This document shows positions 14,985 through 26,220 of a stretch of 64,000 bases of DNA, piece after piece. Location of the stretch: assembly GCA_951406725.2 (NCBI GenBank), contig OX597815.1, positions 38,874,001-38,938,000 of the forward strand. The letters are read 5' to 3'. The position numbers and the translations under genes were made by a program. The notes beneath the pieces were generated by a model. The model worked only from the letters and a program-made list of their open reading frames with translations, ran no database searches and was not told the origin of the DNA. This DNA is from Octopus vulgaris (lineage: Eukaryota). Every line of letters begins with the position of its first letter. Position 1 is the stretch's first letter.

Positions 14985-15290
14985 GAGCATAGACTTTGAA
15001 ATGTCATATGATAACAGATTATATAACAAAGAAATGAAGGATATCGAGAAATATCAGGATCTGAGCACAAACATGAAGAGATTATGAAACTCAATGGTAA
15101 TATTTGTTCCTGAAGTAACTGGTGCACTAGGCACAGAACCTAAATGCAATGCTGATCAAGAGACTGAAAGCTACTGGAATGGAGACATACATTAGTAAGC
15201 TACAGAAAAGTACAATGCTGTATTCTGCAAGAATCCTGAGAAAAATTCCTGAGATCTGAGGACACTGGTTGCTACGAAACCAGAAGATGA
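14985..15290 (+). mobile_element. R4/Dong RLE 3' fragment, decayed
   Basis: IDF..YDNR, IEKYQDL, GALGT, LQKSTMLYSARILRK translations followed by an AAT-like tail. Confidence 0.75.
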
Positions 15291-15363
15291 TATTGCTTGC
15301 TAATTAAATTAGCATATAATAGCTTTTTAGTAATAACGATGATGCTGATAATAATGATAATAA

Positions 15364-15800
15364 TCTTACTATAACGGGCATTATGTCCGTCTGTCTGCCT
15401 GTCTGTCTGTCCGTCTTTTTGTCTGTTCCCTCTTCAGACAGCTGCACCAATGGTTACAATATTTTTCGGGATTACAAAGACGGTCGTCAGGAAGGTTTTT
15501 AACATTAAAAAATCAGAAAGTATGATTATTTCGTGGATATCGATTTTTGAATTAATAAACCACCTTCGCATTTTTATTAAAAATTTCACCGACTACGAGT
15601 AACCCTGAACTTTCATCGTATAGTTCGTGGCCCCAACGTAGATACGAAGGAGGTCGCGGGGACGGTTAATAGCGAAAATAAAATGGAAAAAGTGTGTGTC
15701 AGTATATAGTGTGTGCATTTAGTGGTTATTAAAGTGTGTCAGCCTCGAGCAGAATTCGAAACGGCTCCTCGAAGTGACTGTTGTTTACATCTCAGTTTTG
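15364..15800 (+). mobile_element. Helitron-like 5' end (3' boundary not identified)
   Basis: A|TCTTACTATAAC followed by a (GTCT)n tract, the same layout as the other Helitron 5' ends in the window. Confidence 0.4.
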
Positions 15801-16266
15801 TTATTCAAAATAACCTATGGTATCAGAACATCCAGACATTATTCGCATAGAAAAGTGAGAGGTAAGTCTTAGTTTAATTTTTTGCAACCCAAAAGAAGCC
15901 ACTCGCGCATTCACACCAAACAAGACACTGGACAAGACTTTAGATAGTGTAGGTGGATTTTATCCACTCCGATGTTTACACACGGCTTTCGTTAGGTATG
16001 GTCCACATAACCATTCATGATGCATAGGCTGGAATCTTATTTCAGTTCGGGAGTGAAACGTAATCACATGTCAATTAGTTGCAAACAGATGTCATATAGC
16101 TGCAACAGAATGCTGTATCACTAACAATAATCTGATTTCTCTAAGTCATCACTCAGTAATCTATTAAGTCCATTTACACATTTCTCAATACGTACTGCTG
16201 TTACGACTTCCCTCCCTCTTTTTATGCCTCCATCGTAGATGGATAGATTTGCTTATAAAATTTGCT

Positions 16267-16308
16267 TATAATAATAATAATGATAATAATAATAATGATA
16301 ATAATAAT

Positions 16309-16352
<44 letters not shown>

Positions 16353-16402
16353 AAAGAAGAAGAAGAAGAAGAAGAAGAAGAAGAAGAAGAAGAAGAAGAA
16401 GA
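16267..16402. repeat. Compound trinucleotide array (AAT)n(AAC)n(AAG)n
   Basis: Direct reading. Confidence 0.95.
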
Positions 16403-16421
16403 AATATATGAAAAGAAATAT

Positions 16422-17310
16422 ATGAAAAGAAATATAACAAATAACTGCAGAATATGTGGAGATGGGCAAGAAACAATAAATCATATTATCTCTGACTGCC
16501 CAGTCCTGGCTAAGAAGGAATATATTCACAGACGCGACACATTTGGGACCTACATACACTGGAAGCTATGCCAACATTATGGAATAACAACAGAAAAAAG
16601 ATGGTATAGGCACACACCAGAAAAAGTCACAGAGAGGACTGATCAGGTAAAGGACCTAGGTATCTTGGTGGATTCCTCCTTTTCGCCTTCGGCCCAGTGC
16701 GTCCATGCTGCCAACAAAGCACGCGGAATTCTGTTCTTGATTCGACGGTCATTCGGAATGCTCACAGCAGCCATATTCCTACCACTCTATGTCACGCTGG
16801 TGAGACCCATATTGGAGTATGGGATTCAAGCCTCTTCTCTTTATCTCCTCAAAGACATACAGCATCTCGAAAGAGTCCTGAAGCTGGCTACCCGCATGGT
16901 TCATGGTCTAAAAAATTTGTCCTACGAAGAAAAGCTGAGGACGCTCGACTTTTATTCTCTTGAAAAACGCCGCCGCCGTGGTGATCTCATTCTCGCCCAC
17001 AACATCATAAGCGGAAAGTGTAACCTCTCGAAAGAGCTGTTCTTCACTCCTGCTCCAGAGCGTCGGCTGCGGGGTCATTCCGAAAAGCTCTACCTGCGAC
17101 GATTTCATCTCAATCGAAGGAGAGGAGCTTTCTCCGTCCGGGTTGCGGATCCGTGGAACAAGCTGCCAGACGAGATGGTGAAGATGCCGACGACCGCTTT
17201 GTTCAAAGCCTCCCTGGACCTCAAGTGGCCTGAACTCTTTACATGAACACCGCCCTGTACTTAACTCCATGTCCCCCTACATGGCCTTGCTATTTGCTTT
17301 TGAGCCAAAT

Positions 17311-17345
<35 letters not shown>

Positions 17346-17820
17346 AACGAGAAAGCAACCATACTCTGGGATATGCCAATACACACAGATAGAGAAATTA
17401 AGGCCAACATACCAGATATAGTTGTCAGAGATCATGAAGAAAAAAAATGCTTTCTAATTGATGTATCAATACCAGCAGATGACAACGTCTCTAAAAGAAA
17501 TGGATAAACTTTCAAAATACAAAGACAGGAAATAGAAGTAACTAGAATGTGGAATCTAAAAAGAGGAACAATTCCTATCATAGTAGGTGCATTAGGCATG
17601 ATAAAAAAATATTCAGACAAATACATAACAAAAACACCAGGATTTCTAAACACATATAACATACAGAAAATTGCACTACTAGGCACTGCACACATCCTAC
17701 GCAGAACACTTTCAATACAGTAACCATCAGAGCATCACAACAAATCACAGCATATACCCAAGGCACACAGAGCTGCGCTCGGTAGTGAAGTGAAATCACG
17801 TTATAAAATTAAAACTACTG
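16422..17820 (+). mobile_element. R4/Dong RLE 3' fragment split by a CR1 insertion at 16634-17344
   Basis: CRICGDGQETINHIISDC...HTPEKVTE resumes after the insert as NEKATILWDMPIHTDREIKANIPDIVV...GALG...GTAHILRRTLS; 3' UTR, then (AAT)n from 17821. Confidence 0.93.
16634..17344 (+). mobile_element. CR1-clade LINE 3' end with (TAAC)n tail
   Basis: VKDLGILVD, LYVTLVRPILEY, LERV..ATRMV.GL, SYEEKL..L..YSLEKRRRRGDLI, LRGH, FSVRV..WNKLP; stop at 17246; 3'-UTR hairpin CCATGT-CCCCCT-ACATGG at 17267-17284; (TAAC)n at 17311-17344. Confidence 0.93.
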
Positions 17821-17827
17821 AATGATG

Positions 17828-17885
<58 letters not shown>

Positions 17886-17940
17886 CAACAACAACAACTA
17901 CTACTACTACTACTACTACAACAAATACAACAACAACAAC

Positions 17941-17990
<50 letters not shown>

Positions 17991-17993
<3 letters not shown>

Positions 17994-18350
17994 AATTTTC
18001 CTTGAAAATTTTACCTTTCTTTTTTTTCCTTTCTCCCTGAATATTCGAAAAAGTAAACACCCTTGTTATTACGAGAACACTAGTTTTCTCTGGTCGGACA
18101 TAAAAATGATTATCTTTAGAAAATTTGAAAACTTTATTTACAATTTTCTATGAAAATTTTACCCTTCTTTTCCTTCCTTTCCTTCCTCCCTGAATATTCG
18201 AAAATGTATACATCCTTTTTATTGCAAAAATGCCACACTTTTCTCTAGCCGGACATACACACGACCAACTTTAGAAAATTTAAAACTTTAATATCTACAA
18301 CTTTCTGTGAAAATTTTACCTTTCTCTTCTCCCTGACTACTCGAGTATGT
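17991..18350 (+). repeat. Diverged tandem repeat, about 150-bp unit x 2.3
   Basis: TACAATTTTC..TGAAAATTTTACC..CTCCCTGAATATTCGAAAA recurs at 17991, 18139 and 18296. Confidence 0.85.
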
Positions 18351-18557
18351 ATATATATATATATATATATATAATGGTGTCATTGAGACCCAGAGGTGTC
18401 AGGTAATGCTGAATAAATGCTATAGACAGACCGTAGTTAAGTTCAAGATTCGGTAATTTTGAGAAAAAGGGGTTCAACGTTGGTTCTATGTCAGCGTGTG
18501 TGTATAAGAATTTTTTGCGTAATTGGTTTTATTTTATCTCATTACGCAAAACATTCT

Positions 18558-18624
<67 letters not shown>

Positions 18625-18971
18625 TATTTCTATCAGTAATTAAGAACAGAATAAGGTGAATATGATCGGCGCCCTCATTGATTGCTAGTAGTAGTAAATA
18701 CATTTGACCTTTGCTGACCGCAAGGACATGACGCTTCTTTTGTCTCCTGATCACAAAGCCCCATTGTTCATCTCCTTCTCACCATCAGTCGAACCTATTT
18801 AAAGACCTGTGTAATTTGGTCTATTCACCAAGCTACTTCTTTTTCTCCTACAATCCGCTCCAACCCTAACATACAAAACAAAAGCTGAAACTAAACAACA
18901 TTTAATAATATCACGCATATAGTAGATGGTAGGAGCACTTATATTTATATTGTATTTATATTGTTGTGATT

Positions 18972-19320
18972 GTAGGAGCACTTCGAATGATCAAAAAAGG
19001 AACTGAAAATTATTGAAGATCGATCCCTGGATTACCGTCAATGCAGGAAGATTGTCTCAAGTGATACGTCACACGTATTGAGAAGAGCATTGTTGCTGTG
19101 AATTTTCTTTCCTTTTATCCTTTTTGTTTACTTTTATATTTTTAATTTTTTTATTTTTCTCCCTGTCTTTCTTCCCTTTTCTCTGTCATATGACTTTGTA
19201 AATGAACAATCTGGTTTGTTTATTTTAGTGACCTACAAATGCATACAGTGTGTTTCTCTGCCCTAGGTGTCAGGAAGATACTCGGCAAGAAAAGGAAACA
19301 GAATTGAAAGATAACAATGA
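18972..19320 (+). mobile_element. R4/Dong RLE extreme 3' fragment plus 3' UTR
   Basis: VGAL.MIKKGTENY...IPGLPSMQE...TSHVLRRAL matches the C-terminus of the 666-aa ORF; ends in (AAT)n. Confidence 0.88.
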
Positions 19321-19321
19321 A

Positions 19322-19421
<100 letters not shown>

Positions 19422-19440
19422 TTTTTTTTTTTTTTTTTTT

Positions 19441-21863
19441 CTTCTTTCAAATTTGCTTCCATTTCTTGCCGGGTGTCTTCCCGACTCCTAGGGCAAAGAA
19501 ACTCATAGTATACATTGATAGGCCATTAAACCAAACTCAGTAGTTCGTTCAATTTTTTTTTTTTTTTTAAAGTTAAATTAAAATACATGAGCAGCAACAG
19601 TTCTCACATCGACAATGCTCTTCTCAATACGTGTGATGTACCAGTTAAGACAATCTTTTGCACTTCTTGCAGGGATGGTAAGCCAGGGATCATTCTCATA
19701 TAATTTTCGGTTCCCTTCTTGATCATTCCTAGTGCTCCTACGATCACTGGTATTGTAACCGCCTTGAGATGCCACATTTTCTCAATTTCAATGAGTAGGT
19801 CTTTATATTTTCTGAGCTTGTCAAACTCTTTCGCTGAGATATTATGATCACAGGGGATGCTCATGTCGATCAATAAGCAAACTTTATTGTTTTGGTCTTT
19901 CACAACAATATATGGTTTATTGGCTTTGATGGTTCGGTCTGTATGTACTGGAAAGTCCCACAGAATGGTTACATTTTCTCCTTCAGTTACAGCCTCAGGG
20001 TGGTGATTATACCACTTGTCGGCAGTTTTGATATTGTAATGCCGACTAATTAGCCAGTGGAGATATTGGCCAACTCTGTCATGTCTTAATTTATACTCCA
20101 CTGGTGCTAAGACTTTACATCCAGAGATTAGGTGGTCCACTGTTTCAATCATGTCGTTGCAGAATCGGCATTTTAGGTCTGCTCCATTTTTCATCACATT
20201 GGCCTGGTAGTTCCGGGTTAATAGGCTTTGATCTTGAGCAGCCAGGATGAAACCTTCGATCTCTGCTTTTAGCCCTGAGCTCCGTAGCCACTGATGGGTT
20301 TGCTTCTGGTCAACATCAGCTTGTTTGCTGCGGGTCACATATTTGCCGTGCAGAGGTTTCTCCTCCCACCTATCAGCCAATTGCTCGTGCGCTTTTTTCA
20401 TTGCCATCATTTTCACCTTCTTTGCAACAATAGTTGCCGTACTTCCCTCGGGTTGTTCAGTTTGGGTATCCTGCACGAGATCAGTAGCAAATTTTTTGCT
20501 TTCCTTTATTATAGAATGAAGCTTCTTTCGTCTCTCGTGATTTTCCACGAGCTTTAGCATCCAGTCATTCGATATTTCGAGATATTTGGCCAGTCCAATT
20601 GTGGTTGTTTTGTAAGCTAGTTCAAATTGGATCAGGCCTCGACCTCCTTGGGCTCTGGGAAGGTAAAGGCGATCTACGTCTGCCTTTGGGTGGTGCATCC
20701 TATTACAACTCAGCAGCTTGCGTATTTTCCTATCTATATTCTTTACTTCACTCATATTCCAGTTCAACACATTGTAGCTATAAGTAACAACTGGAACTGC
20801 TAAGGAATTTATAGCTAACACCTTGTTACGTGCATTTAGTTCAGATTTCAGGACTGCACGAACTCTCCTATAACATTCCTTCCTGATTTTCTCTTTCATG
20901 TTTGCATGCTGAATACCAGAGCCTTCATTTATCCCCAAATATTTGTATGTTTGTTCTTGCTCAAGCTCTCTTATGACTGTGTCAACATCTAACACGACTG
21001 AATTTGTGGTCTTCACTTTCCCTTTCTGGAAAGTGGCCTTGGCACACTTCTCAAGTCCAAACTCCATCCCGATGTCATCGCTGAATGCTTTCACGGTGCG
21101 CAATAGGCCTTCAAGTTCATTATTGTCTTTACCATAAAGTTTTAAGTCATCCATATAAAATAGATGGCTTATTTTTTTATTGGCAATTTTATACCCATAC
21201 CCTGTTCTGTTTAATTCACTTGTAAGGGGTATTAGGGCTATGCAGAATATTAAAGGTGAAAGTGAGTCACCTTGAAAAATTCCACAGTTGATGTTTATAT
21301 TTTCTGAGGCAAGTACTCCATTAGAGTGGTATAATTGGAGATTCGTATTCCACAACGACATATTGTGCTTCAGAAAGTTTGAAATCACAGGGGAAATTTT
21401 GAAGATGTCCAGCGATCTCAAGATCCATGGATGCGGTATACTGTCGAAGGCCTTCTTATAGTCATTCCATGCGGTGGTGAGATTTCTGCGCTTGTTGTGA
21501 CAGTTCTCAAGGATCATACGATTGATTAGCAGTTGATCTTTGCATCCGTAAGAGCCTCGGCGGCACCCTTTTTGTTCAATGGGGAAAATATCGTTCTTCT
21601 CCATGAATGCATATGTTTTCTCCGCCAGGATAGATGTTAGGATTTTTATACGTGGTGGATAGACAGGTTATAGGCCGATAGTTTTTTGGAAGGTTAGTTT
21701 CGTTATTCTTTGGGAGTAGGTAAGTAATGCCACTTGCTAACCATTCAGGTGTTTTCTTTGGGTCTCTCATAATTCCATTGAGCAGCTGAACTAGCTTACC
21801 GTGTGCGCATGGGAGCGATGCTAGCCAGAAATTCGGCACCTTATCTTTACCGGGGGATTTCCA
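19441..21863 (-). mobile_element. Young R4/Dong-type RLE non-LTR retrotransposon, 5'-truncated
   Basis: Flanked by AAT arrays at both ends; one frameshift in an A-run near 21645 separates WKSPGKD..NYRPITCL from the 666-aa ORF. Confidence 0.96.
19604..21604 (-). CDS. Retrotransposon ORF: reverse transcriptase + CCHC zinc knuckle + restriction-like endonuclease (partial, 666 aa)
   Basis: DYKKAFDSI, GIFQGDSLSPLIF, HLFYMDDLKLY, YKYLG, CRFCNDMIETVDHLISGC, RHD, KPYIVV..LIDMSIP..K..KY. Confidence 0.95.
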   Translation of the reverse strand: MEKNDIFPIEQKGCRRGSYGCKDQLLINRMILENCHNKRRNLTTAWNDYKKAFDSIPHPWILRSLDIFKISPVISNFLKHNMSLWNTNLQLYHSNGVLASENININCGIFQGDSLSPLIFCIALIPLTSELNRTGYGYKIANKKISHLFYMDDLKLYGKDNNELEGLLRTVKAFSDDIGMEFGLEKCAKATFQKGKVKTTNSVVLDVDTVIRELEQEQTYKYLGINEGSGIQHANMKEKIRKECYRRVRAVLKSELNARNKVLAINSLAVPVVTYSYNVLNWNMSEVKNIDRKIRKLLSCNRMHHPKADVDRLYLPRAQGGRGLIQFELAYKTTTIGLAKYLEISNDWMLKLVENHERRKKLHSIIKESKKFATDLVQDTQTEQPEGSTATIVAKKVKMMAMKKAHEQLADRWEEKPLHGKYVTRSKQADVDQKQTHQWLRSSGLKAEIEGFILAAQDQSLLTRNYQANVMKNGADLKCRFCNDMIETVDHLISGCKVLAPVEYKLRHDRVGQYLHWLISRHYNIKTADKWYNHHPEAVTEGENVTILWDFPVHTDRTIKANKPYIVVKDQNNKVCLLIDMSIPCDHNISAKEFDKLRKYKDLLIEIEKMWHLKAVTIPVIVGALGMIKKGTENYMRMIPGLPSLQEVQKIVLTGTSHVLRRALSM

Positions 21864-21885
21864 ATTATTATTATTATTATTATTA

Positions 21886-21935
<50 letters not shown>

Positions 21936-22101
21936 GGAACCTACAACAAAACCAACCAAAAGAACGGGGACAGATAATCATAAATACTATATAACAGTTG
22001 ATTTATGAGTTACAAACACACCTCCAAAACATACAAGAATAAACTCATACTGTTAATACCCAACAATGTGAACAAAACCCAAAACACGTGTCATAGAACA
22101 A

Positions 22102-22330
22102 TATTTACATTATTTACATTTGATGGATATTTGTCCTCATCTTGTTTGTTGTTAACACAATATTTCGGCTGATATACCCTCTAGCCTTCAATCAAGTGCC
22201 TTGCGAAAATTTCGAACCTGGGTTCTCATTCCTGAGGTATTATGTTAACAACAAACAAGATGAGGACAAATATCTGTCAAATGTAAATAATGTAAATAAT
22301 GTACATAATTCCTCAGCTCTTAAATATAGA
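22102..22330 (-). mobile_element. Penelope-like terminal-repeat remnant with 56-bp inverted arms and a decayed hammerhead motif
   Basis: Arms 22102-22157 and 22243-22298; between them on the minus strand CAC-TTGATTGA-AGGCT..AGCC-GAAA-TATT-GTG. Confidence 0.65.
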
Positions 22331-22619
22331 AATGTATGTGACATAGAAGGCCGATACCCGACAGAAGAACGCAACCTGCGCCGCACAAACAACACACAAT
22401 ATAAAAACAGCAGAATACAACAATATACAAAAACAACAATATAAATACAACAGAAAGCTCAAACCAAACTCCATAACTTAACGTACTGATACAATACAAT
22501 ATCCACCCCCACACCCAAAAAATGCAGCACACACCACCCCAACAACACAAAATTGCAACAAATGATGCAATAGAAAGTTACTTGAAACTTTCAGTTGTCG
22601 AAAACAAAATAGTGCTGAT

Positions 22620-25600
22620 GACGATGTGACTAACGTTATTTTACCTCGAACAGCGGAAATGAAGCTGGACCTTTAGGGGAAGCATTCTCGCTCCGCAGTG
22701 GGTCAGTAAAGGTGCAGACTGGCCACAGCTGTTATCCTAAAACAGCATCAGCATACAATAGAGCAAGGAGGAGAAAGTGAGCCAAGAAAGAAATCACGGC
22801 AGAGATACAGTGTTACTTAGAAAGTGAACATAAAAGAAGAGGCTGTAGGAAACGGATGTTAGAACTTTGGGTAGAGAAAGGTATATTTAAAGTGACTGAG
22901 CAGAGATTAGTTAATCAAGCTAATACTATTAGCAGAAGAAAGTGAATGACAGAAGTGGAGGTAGAAGAGATCACAAGAGAACTGGAAATGAAAGACCAGG
23001 CAGTGAGAAAGACAAACAACATAAGAGATACAGCTCAAACCAAAGAAGAACCTAATGGGGAAAAAATATAATAGCGCTACAAATAAAGAAGGGACAACTG
23101 ACACCAACGACTTCAGTGATTTAAGTGTGGAAGATCAGAAAATTTTAGATGAGTTGCAGGAAGTAATGAGTAAAGAAGTAAAAAAAAGATTGCCAGCATT
23201 AAAAGGCACCAATAGAAGGAAGCTGCTAGAAACGAACAGGAAAGTAGATTCTGTTATCAGTAGGACAGATACTAAAAATATAGGACACACTAACTTATTG
23301 ATCTATGCAAAAGGGGTAGTAGTCATCAACAGATTAGATATCTCACAGTGAAAGATTAAAAAAGAGCAAATGTCGAAAAGGAGACTACAAAATAAAGTGA
23401 AGACTTTAAGACAAGATCTGAGTAGAACAGAAGCCTAAAAAGCAAACATTTTAGGAAACACAAGATAGAAATCTTCACTCGAGAAAAGATACTTAGTCAA
23501 AGAGAAAGGCTTTGGGATAATAACAGGAGCGTTGAAACAGCCTATCATAGCAGTAGCAGGCAAGCTGTCCAGATATCAGAAACGAATAGATCAGTATCAA
23601 CAGTATAGATTAATTGAAACAGATCAGAGGAGATCTTATAACCAAATAAATAGTGGAGAACGAAATACGGAAGATGAGAAACCTAATGCAGAAGTTAGAA
23701 AGTTCTGGAGTAATACTTGGGATAAGCCAGTTAATCATAATGGATTAGTATGGTTAAAGAAAGTAAGGGAAGAAGTAGTGAGTGAGAAGCAGCCAGATCT
23801 GAGATTAACTGGTGCATTAATGAGTAAAGCGTTAGGAAAATACCGAATTAGAAGGGCTCAAGAACAGATTTAGTTCAAAGGCACTGGCTAAAGAAATTCA
23901 ATAGTTTAAATTAGAGGCTGAGGGAACAACTTCAGGATTGCTTTAATGGAGGACTGATACCAGCTTGGATTACTAGAGGGAGAACAATACTCATTATGAA
24001 AGATAAGAGCAAGGGTGATACAGCTAGCAACTATAGACCAATCACTTACTTACCATTAGTGTGGAAGCTATGAACAGGAATGCTTTCAGAAAGCATTTAC
24101 GAGCACCTCGACAACCAGAATTTACTACTAGAAGAACAAAAGGGTTGCAAGAAGAAGGCTAGAGGAACGCATGATATATTATATATAGACAAAGTAGTTC
24201 TAAATGAAGTAAAATCGAGAAAGAAAAATCTATGACATGATTCCACACCCATAGATAAGTGAATATCTGAGTATATTCAGTATAGCAGACAACATAAGAG
24301 AATTAATATGATTTAGCATGAAGAAATGGAAAATAGATTTTTACTCAGATGACACACTTTTAAGGAATGTTAATATGAAAAGAGGAATTTTCCAGGGGGA
24401 TTCGTTGTCCTCTTTAATATTTGTCTTATGTTTGATCCCCCTCAGTTTAGGATTAAGGAAGGCAAAGGTAGGATATCATTTCAGAAACAGTAAGGGGACA
24501 ATTAACCATTTGCTCTACATGGATGACCTGAAGCTTTTTAGTTAGAATGAAAAAGAGATAGATTCCCTAATGTAACGCGGTCTTTTGCCCCTGTTGTATC
24601 TGTCTTTTGACGACGGTTGATGCTCTGACAGATATTGTTATATTTTGAAGTCGAAGTCGTCGATAGAATGGTTCTATTTGATACGGTACGACCCCCAGTT
24701 GTACAGTGTTATTATCCTCAAAAAATAGGATCGTTATAACGTCCACTCAGTATCACAGTATAATAACTATATCAGCACAGACACGACTATCATCACAGTC
24801 TATACGTACTCTCGACCTTCCTGTCGACCGGCTACTCGTCTAATTATAATGGCTTAGTTACTACCACTTTTTACCAGGGGCGATGTACAATTTCGCTATA
24901 CAGCACTTAATACAAACTGTAAGACTCTTCAGCAAAGATATAAGCATTGAATTTGGCATAGATAAGTGTGCAATATTAGTTATAAGAAGAGGACAGATAG
25001 TCAACAGCGATGGCATCCAATTACCAGATGGTAAGATATTAAAATCATTGAAAGGAGGAGAGAGTTATAAGGATCTAGAGTACTAACTACAGAACTGAAA
25101 ACGAAAATTGAGAAGGAGTACATCAAAAGGGTGAGGAAACTAATGAAGTCAAAACTAAATGGTCCGAATCTAGTGAAGGCTGTAAATACTGGGGCAGTAT
25201 AATTACTTAGATACTCAGCAGCTTTGTAGATTGGACAAAAACTGAATTAGCAAAGCTAGACAGAACTAGAAAGCAATTCAATAGAAAGCAATTCAATAGG
25301 AATGGAGGACTCCACCCGAGGGTAGGAGTAGCAAGATTGTACCTACCAAGAAAGGACGTCGGAGGAGGGTTAATATCAGTAGAAGATTGCTGGATCTAGC
25401 TACAGTAGATATAGGTTCCTATGTAGATAACAGTGAAGAAATTTTATTAAAAGCTGCTAGAGTCACAGCAAGACATAGAGAAACCAAAAACCCAAACGAA
25501 GTTAAAAAGCAGAAAAAAGAACAGAACTTATCTGATTGACAGGAGAAGAAAGCGTTGCATGGTAGATTTCCAAAGATTGTTGCAGCAAATAGTAGTAGTG

Positions 25601-26220
25601 AGATATGGTTATGGCTGCAGAAAGGAAAGTTGAAGAGGGGGATAGAAAGTTTGATGGTAGCTGTATTAAGGACTAATTGGATAAACGCCTAGATATATAA
25701 AAACCAAGTAGATTCCGAATGTAGATTATGCAAATCAAAAGAGGAGAGCGTTACTCATATAGTAAGTGAATGTAGCATAGTGACACAGAAAGAATAGAAG
25801 AAAAGAGATGACAATCTAGGGAGAGCAATCCACTGGGAGCTTTTTAGACAACTAGGATTTGAACTTACCGATAAATGTTATGAACATGAACCTAGTAAAG
25901 TACTACAAAGTAAGAAATACAAGATGTTGTGGGACTTTAACATTCAAACTGAGATTAATAGAAGCTAGAAGGCTTGATTTGTTAGTAGTAGTTAAAGAGA
26001 ATAGAAAGTGCCAGATAATTGACTTTACATTCCCAAATGATAGAAAAAAAGTAATATGAGAGGTATAGAAAAAATAGCTGATGATTTTCAGAATCGAAAA
26101 ATGTGCAATGAAAGGGACAAAAGTGAGAAAGCTATTAAAGTACTGGAATAAATCTACCAAAAAATAAGAGTATATAATCATTAATCTTAGAAGTACAATA
26201 TAAATATTTAGGAACACTAG
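22620..26220 (+). mobile_element. Near full-length but heavily decayed R4/Dong RLE retrotransposon
   Basis: N-terminal RKRMLELW/TEQRL, RYQKRIDQYQQ, KFWSNTW, NYRPIT, EEQKGC, GIFQGDSLS, INHLLYMDDLKLF, EFGIDKCA, CRLCKSKEESVTHIVSEC, EARRLDL; many stops. Confidence 0.9.
24571..24906 (-). mobile_element. About 335-bp insertion within the Dong RT, LTR + primer-binding-site-like
   Basis: Interrupts EIDSL|IQTVRLFS; minus strand TGT...AATAACACTGTACA-AC-TGGGGGTCGTACCG, resembling a tRNA-Pro PBS (TGGGGGCTCGTCC). Confidence 0.5.

Noticed and set aside
17311-17344. (TAAC)n as a telomeric repeat
   Set aside because: It is not TTAGGG/TTAGG and lies directly after the CR1 3' UTR as its tail.
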